Part shown: positions 56,314 through 64,000 of the stretch, piece after piece
Numbering within the stretch: the first letter of the stretch is position 1
Layout: the number at the start of each line of letters is the position of its first letter
From: the human T2T-CHM13v2.0 reference genome, Homo sapiens
NCBI RefSeq assembly: GCF_009914755.1
Contig: NC_060927.1
Length of the DNA: 64,000 nt
Direction: 5' to 3' (one strand)
Position numbers and translations under genes: made by a program
Notes under the pieces: generated by a model
The model's input: only the letters and a program-made list of their open reading frames with translations
What the model was told of the DNA's origin: nothing
Database searches by the model: none

Positions 56314-58345
56314 GCCTCAAAGAGGTCCAAATTTCGACTTACAGATTCTAAAAAAAGATTGTTTCAAAACTACTCCATCAAGAGGAATATCCAACTCTGT
56401 GAGTTGAATGCAAACATCACAAAGTAGTTTCTGGGAATGATTCTGTCTAGTTTTTATATGAAGATATTTCCTTTTCTACCATAGGATTCAAAGCGCTCTA
56501 AATATCAACTTGGAAATTTTACAAAAAGAGTGTTTCAAAACTGCTCTATCAAAAGGAAGGTTCACCTCTGTGAGTTAAGTACAGACATCACAAAGGAGTT
56601 TCTGAGAATACGTCTGTCTACTTTTTATGTGAAGATATTCCCGTTTCCAAAGAATACCTCAAAGCGCTCCAAATATCCAGATGCAGAGTTTACAAACTGA
56701 GTGCTTCAAAACTGCTCTCTCAAAAGAAAGGTTAAACTCTGTGAGTTGAACACACACATCACAAAGTAGTTCCTGGGAATGATTCTGTCTAGTTTTTATA
56801 TGAAGATATTTCCATTTCTACCATAGGATTCAAAGCGCTCTACATATCCACTTGGAAATTTTACAAAAAGAGTGTTTCAAAATTACTCTATTGAAAGGAA
56901 CGTTCAACACTTTGAGTTGAATGAACCCATCAAAAAGAAGCTTCTGAGAATTCCTCTATCTAGTTTTTTTATGAAGAAATCTCGTTTCCAACGAAGGCCT
57001 CAAAGAGGTCCGAATATGCACTTGCAGATTCTACAAAAAGAGTGCCTCAAAACTGCTCTATCAAGAGGAATGTTCAACTCTGTGAGTTGAATGCAAACAT
57101 TACAAAGTAGTTTCTGAGAATGCATCTGTCTAGTTTTTATGTGAAGATATTTTCTTTTCTACCATAGGCCTAAAAGCGCCCTAAATATCCACGTGGAAAT
57201 TCTACAAAAAGAGTGTTTCAAAACTGCTCTATCAAAAGGAAGGTTCAACTCTGTGACTTGAGTGCAGACATCACAAGGAAGTTTCTGACAATGATTCTTT
57301 CTAGTTTTCATATGAGGATATTTCCTTTTCAACCATAGGCCTAAAATCGCCTTAAATATCCAATTGGAAATTCTACAAAAATAGTGTTTCAAAACTGCTC
57401 TATTGAAAACAACGTTCAACTCTGTGAGTTAAATGCACACATCACAAAGAAGCTTCTGAGAATTCTTCTGTCTGGCTTTCTTATGAAAAAATACTCGCTT
57501 CCAACGAAGGCCTCAAAGAGGTCAAAATATCCACTTGCTGATCTTACAAAAAAAGTGTTACAAAACTGCTCTATCAAAAGGAATGTTCAACTCTCTAAGT
57601 TGAATGCAAACAAAACAAAGTATTTTCTGAGAATGCTTCTGTGTAGTTTTTCGACGAAGATATTTCCTTTTCTACCATAGGCCCCAAAGCCCTCTAAATA
57701 TCCACTTGCAAATTCTACAAAAAGAGTGTTTCAAAACTCCTCTATCATAAGGAAGGTTCAAATCTGTGAGTTGAATGCGGACATCACAATTAAGTTTCTG
57801 AGAATAATTCTGTCTATTTTATGTGAAGATACTCCCGTTTCCAAAGAAGGCCTCAAAGCGCTCCAAATATCCACTTGCAGACTTTACAAACAGAGTGTTT
57901 CAAAACTGCTCTATCAAAAGAAAGGTTAAACTCTGTGAGTTGAAGGCACACATCACAAAGTAGTTTCTGAGAATTTTTCTGTCTAGTTTTTATATGAAGA
58001 CATTTCCTTTTCTACCATAGGCCTCAAAGCGCTCTAAATATCCACTTGCAAACTCTACAAAAAGAGTGTTTCAAAACTGCTCTCTCAAAAGGAAGGTTCA
58101 ACTCTGTGAGTTGAGTGCAGGCATCACAAGGAAGTTTCTGACAATGATTGTGTCTAGTTTTCATATGAAGATATTTCCTTTTCAACCATAGGCCTAAAAT
58201 CGCCCTAAATATCCAATTGGAAATTCTACAAAAAGAGTGTTTCAAAACTGCTCTATTGAAAGCAACGCTTAACTCTGTGAGTTGAATGCAGACATCACAA
58301 AGAAGCTTCGGAGAATTCTTCTGTCTAGTTTTTTTATGAAGAAAT

Positions 58346-58362
58346 ACCCGTTTCCTACGAAG
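58346..58362 (-). promoter_or_regulatory. CENP-B box (9 essential bases intact)
   Basis: acccgtttcctacgaag. Confidence 0.8.
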
Positions 58363-59534
58363 GCCTCAAAGAGATCAAACTGCACTTGCTGATCCTACAA
58401 AAAGAGTGTTACAAAACTGCTCTATCAAAAGGAATGTTCAACTCTGTGGGTTGAATGCAAACATCACAAAGTATTTTCTGAGAATGCTTCTGTGTAGTTT
58501 TTCTACGAAGATATTTCCTTTTCTACCATAGGCCCCAAAGCGCTCTAAGTATCCACTTGCAAATTCTACAAAAAGAGTGTTTCAAAACTGCTCTATCAAA
58601 AGGAAGGTTTTAATCTGTGAGTTAAGTGCAGACATCACAAGGAAGTTTCTGAGAATACTTCTGTCTACTTTTTATGTGAAGATACTCCCATTTCCAAAAA
58701 AGACCTCAAAGCGCTCCAAATATCCACTTGCAGATCCTACAAAAAGAGTGTTTCAAAACTGCTCTATCAAAACAAACGTTAAACTCTGTGAGTTGAAGGC
58801 ACACATCACAAAGTAGTTTCTGAGAATGATTCTGTCTAGTTTTTATATGAAGATATTTCCTTTTCCACCATAGGCATCAAAGTGCTCTAAATATCTACTT
58901 GCAAACTCTACAAAACGAGTGTTTCAAAAGTGTTCTATCAAAAGGAAGTTTCACCTCTGTGAGTTGAGTACAGACATCACAAAGAAGTTTCTGAGAATAT
59001 TTCTATCTAGTTATTTGTGAAGATATTTCCTTTTCTACCATATGCCGCAAAGCGCTCAAAATATCCCCTTGCTAACCCTTCAAAAAGATTGTTTCAAATC
59101 TGTGCTATCAAAAGGAAGGTTCACATTTGTGAGTTTAGTACAGATATCACAAAGCAGTTTCTGAGAATACTTCTGTCTACTTGTTATGTGAAGATATTCC
59201 CGTTTCCAAAGAAAACCTAAAAGCGCTCCAAATATCCAGATGCAGTCTTTACAAACAGACTGTTTCAAAACTGTTCTATCAAAAGAAAGGTTAAACTCTG
59301 TGAGTTGAACGCACACATCACAAAGTAGTTTCTGGGAGTTATTCTGTCTAGATTTTTATGAAGATATTTTTTTCTACCATATGATTCAAAGCGCTCTAAA
59401 AATCCACTTGGAAATTCTACAAAAAGAGTGATTCAAATCTGCTCCATCAAAAGGAAGGTTGAATTCTGTGAGTTGAATGCACACATTACAAAGAAGCTTC
59501 TGAGAATTCTTCTGTCTAGTTTTATATGAAGAAA

Positions 59535-59551
59535 ACCCGTTTCCAACGAAG
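59535..59551 (-). promoter_or_regulatory. CENP-B box (9 essential bases intact)
   Basis: acccgtttccaacgaag. Confidence 0.8.
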
Positions 59552-61181
59552 GCCTCAAAGAGGTCAAATATACACTTGCAGAACCTACAACAGAGTGTTT
59601 CAAAACTGCTCTATCAAGAGGAATTTTCAACTCCGTGAGTTGAATGCAGCAAACATCACAAAGTAGTTTCTGAGAATGCTTCTGTCTGGTTTTTATGTGA
59701 AGATATTACCTTTCCTACCATAGGCCTCAAAGCGCTCTAAATATCCACTTGCAAACTATACATAAAGAGTGTTTCAAAACTGCTCTATCTGGGAATGCTT
59801 CCGTGTAGTTTTATGGGAAGATATTTCCTTTTCTACCATAGGCCTCTAAACGCTCTAATTACACACTTGAAAATTCAACAGAAAGAGTGTTTTAAAACTG
59901 CTCTATCAAAAGAAAAGTTGTTCTCAGTGAGTCGAATGCACACATCATAAAGTAGTTACTGAATATGATTATGCATAGTTTTTATATGAAGATATTCCCT
60001 TTTCGACTATAGGCCTAAAAGCGCCCTAAATATCCACTTAGAAATTCTACAAAAAGAGTGTTTCAAAACTGCTCTATTGAAAGGAACGTTCAACTCTGTG
60101 AGTTGAATACACACATCACAAAGAAGCTTCTGAGAATTCCTCTGTCTACTTTTTTTCGAAGAAATAACCGGTTCCAACGAAGGCCTCAAAGAGGTCCAAA
60201 TATCCACTTGTAGATTCTACAAAAAGAGTGTTACAAACTGCTCTACCAAAAGGAATGTTCATCTCTGTGAGTTGAATGCAAACATCACAGAGCAGTTTCT
60301 GACAATGATTCTGTCTAGTTTTTATATGAAGATATTTCCTTTTCTACCATAGGATTCAAAGCGCTCTAAACATCCACTTGGAAATTCTACAAAAAGAGTG
60401 TTTCAAATCTGCTCTATCAAAAGGAAGGTTACACTCTGTGAGTTGAATACAAACATCACAAAGAAGTTTCTGAGAATTCTTCTGTCTAGTTTTATATGAA
60501 GAAATCCTGTTTCCAATGAAGGCCTCAAAGAGGTCCATATATACACTTGCAGAAACTAAAAAAACAGTGTTTCAAAACTGCTCTATCAAGAGGAATGTTC
60601 AACTCTGCGAGTTGAATGCAAACATCACAAAGCAGTTTCTGAGAATGCTTCTGTCTAGTTTTTATGTGAAGATATTTCCTTTTCTACCATAGGCCTCAAA
60701 GTGCTCTAAATATCCACTTGCAAACACTACAAAAGGGTGTTACAAAACTGCACGATCAAATGAAGGTTCACCTCTGTGATTTGAGTACAGACATCACAAA
60801 GAAGTTTCTGAGAATAATTCTGTCTACTTTTTATGTGCAGATATTCCCGTTTCCAAAGAAAACTTCAAAGCGCTCCAAATATCCAGATGCACAGATTACA
60901 AACAGAGTGTTTCAAAACGGCTCTATCAAAAGAAAGGTTAAACTCTGTGATGTGAACGCACACATCACAAAGTAGCTTCTAGGAGTTATTCTGTCTAGAT
61001 TTATATGAAGATAATTTTTTCTACCGTATGATTCTAAGTGCTCTAAATATCCACTTGGAAACTCTACAAAAATAGTGTTTCAAATCTGCTCTATTAAAAG
61101 GAAGATTCAACACTGTGAGTTTAATGCACACATCAAAAAGAAGTTTCTGAGAATTCTTGTGTCTAGTTTTATGTGAAGAAA

Positions 61182-61198
61182 TCCCGTTTTCAGCGAAG
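61182..61198 (-). promoter_or_regulatory. CENP-B box (9 essential bases intact)
   Basis: tcccgttttcagcgaag. Confidence 0.8.
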
Positions 61199-64000
61199 GC
61201 CTCAAAGAAGTCCAAAAATCGACTTGCAGATTCTACAAAGGAGTGTTTCAAAACTGCTCTATCAAGAGTAATCAACTCAGTGAGTTGAATGCAGATATCA
61301 CAATGTAGTTTCTGAGAATGCTTCTGTGTAGTTTTTCCACCAATATATTTCCTTTTCTACCATAGGCCGCAAAGTGCTCTAAATATCCTCTTGCAAATTC
61401 TACAAAAAGAGTATTGCAAAACTGCTCTATTGAAAGGAACGCCTAACGTCTACTCTGTGAGTTGAATGCACCCATCACAAAGAAGTTTCTGAGAATTCTT
61501 CTGCCTAGTTTTTTTATGAAGAAATTCCCGGTTCCAAAAAAGGCCGCAAAGAGGTCAAAGTATCCACTTGCACATTCTACAAAAAGAGTGTTACAAACTG
61601 CTCTATCAAGAGGAATCTTCAACTCTGTGAGTTGAATGTAACCATCACAAAGTAGTTTCTGAGAATGCTTCTGTGTAGTTCTTCTACGAACATATTTTCT
61701 TTTCTACCATAGGCCCCTAAGCGCTCTAAATATCCTCTTGCAAATTCTACAAAAAAAGTGTTTCGAAACTGCTCTATCTAAAGGAAGTTTCACCTGTGTG
61801 AGTAGAGTACAGACATCACAAAGAAGTTTCTGAGGATACTTCTGTCTACTTTTTATGTGAAGATATTCTCGTTTCCAAAGAAAACCTCAAAGCGTTACAA
61901 ATATCCAGATGCAGACTTTACAAACAGAGTGTTTCAAAACTGCTCTTTCAAAAGAAAGGTTAAACTCTGTGAGTTGAACGCTCACAACACAAAGTAGTTT
62001 CTGGGAATGATTCTGTCTAGTTTTTATATGAAGATATTTCCTTTTCTACCGTAGGATTTAAAGTGCTCTAAATATCCACTTGGAAATACTACAAAAAGAG
62101 TGTTTCAAATCTGCTCTATCCAAAGAAAGGTTCAACTCTGTGAGTTGAATGCACACATCACAAAGAAGTTTCTGAGAATTCTTCTGTCTAGTTTTATATG
62201 AAGAAATCCCATTTCCAACGAAGGTCTCAAAGAGGTCCAATTATACACTTGAAGGTTGTATAAAAAGAGTGTTTCAAAACTGCTCTATCAAAAGGAAGGT
62301 TTACCTCTTTGAGTTGAGTACAGACATCATGAGGGAGTTTCTGAGAATTCTTCTGTCTAATTTTTATGTCAAGATAAACCCTTTTCCAAGGAAGACCTCA
62401 AAGCACTCCAAATATCCAGATGCAGACTTTACAAACAGAGTGTTTCGAAACTGCACTATCAAAAGAAATGTTAAACTGTGTGAGCTGAACGCACACATCA
62501 AAAAGTAGTTTTTGAGAATGATTCTGTCTAGTATTTATATGAAGATATTTCCTTTTCTACCTTAGGCCTCAAAGCGTTTTAAATATCCACTCGCAAACCC
62601 TGCAAAAAGATTGTTTCAAAACTGCTCTATCAAAAGGAAGGTTCACCTCTGTGACTTGAGTACAGACATCACAGAGAAGTTTCTGAGAATACTTCTGTCT
62701 ACTTTTAATGTGAACATATTCTTGTTTCCAAAGAAAACCTCAAAGCGCTCCGAATATCCAGATGCAGAGATTACAAACAGAGGGTTTCAAAACTGCTCTA
62801 TCAAAGGAAAGGTTAAACTCTGTGATTTGAACGCACACATCACAAAGTAGTTTCTGGGCGTTCTTCTGTCTAGTTTTATATGAAGATATTTTTTTTCAAC
62901 CATATGATTCAAAGCGCTCTAAATATCCACTTGTAAATTCTACAAAAAGAGTGTTTCAAATCTGCTCCATCAAAAGGAAGGTTCAATTCTGTGAGTTGAA
63001 TGCATACATCACAAAGTAGTTTCTGGGAATGATTCTGTCTAGTTTTTATATGAAGGTATTTCATTTTCTACCATAGGATTCAAAGCCCTCTAAATATTCA
63101 CTTGGAAATTCTACAAAAAGAGTGTTTGAAATCTGCTCTATCAAAAGGAAGTTTCAACACTGTGAGTTGAATGCACACATCACAGAGAAGTTTCTGAGAA
63201 GTCTTCTGTCTAGTTTATATGAAGAAATCCTTTTTCCAAGGAAGGCCTCAAAGAGGTCCAAATATACACTTGCAGATCCCACTAAAAGAGTGTTTCAAAA
63301 ATGCTCAATAGAGAGGAATGTTCAAATACGTGAGTTGAATGCAAACATCACAAAGTAGTTTCTGAGAATGCTTCTGACTAGTTTTTATGTGAAGATATTT
63401 CCTTTTCCACAATAGGCCTCAAATCGCTCTAAATATCCTCTTGCAAACTCTACAAAAAGAGTGTTTCAAAACTGCTCTGTCAAAAGGAACGTTCACCTTG
63501 GTGAGTTGAATACAGACATCACAAAAAGTTTCTAAGAATACGTCTATCTACTTTTTATGTGAAGATATTCCCGTTTCCATGAAAACCTCAATGCGCTCCA
63601 AATATCCAGATCCAGACTTTAAAAACAGAGTGTTTCCAAACTGCTCTGTCAAAAGAAAAGTTAAACTCTGTAAGTTGAACGCACACATCACAAATTAGTT
63701 TCTGGGAATGATTCTCTCTAGTTTTTATATGAAGATATTTCCTTTTCTCCCTTAGGATTCAAGGCGCTCTAAATATCCACTTGGAAATACTACAAAAAGA
63801 GAGTTTCAAATCTGCTCTATCAAAAGGGAGTTTCAACTATGTGAGTTGAATGCACACATCAAAAAGATGTTTCTGAGAATTCTTCTGACTAGTTTTTATA
63901 TGAAGATATTTCCTTCTCTACGATAGGATTCAAAGCGTTCTAAATATCCACTTTGAAATTCTACAAAAAGAGTGTTTCAAATCTGCTCTATCAAAGGAAG

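Larger units (their letters stand above)
47915..64000. repeat. Alpha satellite (ALR), diverged array; layer B to ~50830 then layer C
   Basis: Alphoid monomers resume in register after the poly(A) (aaagaagtttctgagaatgc) and run to the window end. Confidence 0.98.

Overview
Human pericentromeric DNA: about 59 kb of unidirectional, diverged ~171-bp alpha satellite interrupted by two LINE-1 insertions. The satellite mixes A-type (pJalpha box) and B-type (CENP-B box) monomers, i.e. SF5 R1/R2-like or divergent HOR, not a live homogeneous HOR array. The first L1 (24583-27967, minus) is L1PA3-like, with an intact 5' end and 16-bp TSD but a ~2.6-kb internal deletion removing ORF1 and the N-terminal part of ORF2. 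The second (46572-47917, plus) is a young 5'-truncated L1HS Ta-1 with a pure A52 tail, whose open ORF2 C-terminus is in frame with upstream alphoid codons. By eye the satellite falls into three sequence layers: A ~1-14350, ~17000-24580 and ~27970-36400; B ~14350-17000 and ~36400-50830; C ~50830-64000. It shows relic multimer periodicities, block duplications, a near-identical conversion tract and about 20 intact CENP-B boxes. There are no host protein-coding genes, and the many alphoid ORFs are artefacts of the 171-bp (57-codon) period. I see no convincing new biological system; the findings concern retrotransposon and satellite evolution. All counts and alignments were made by eye.
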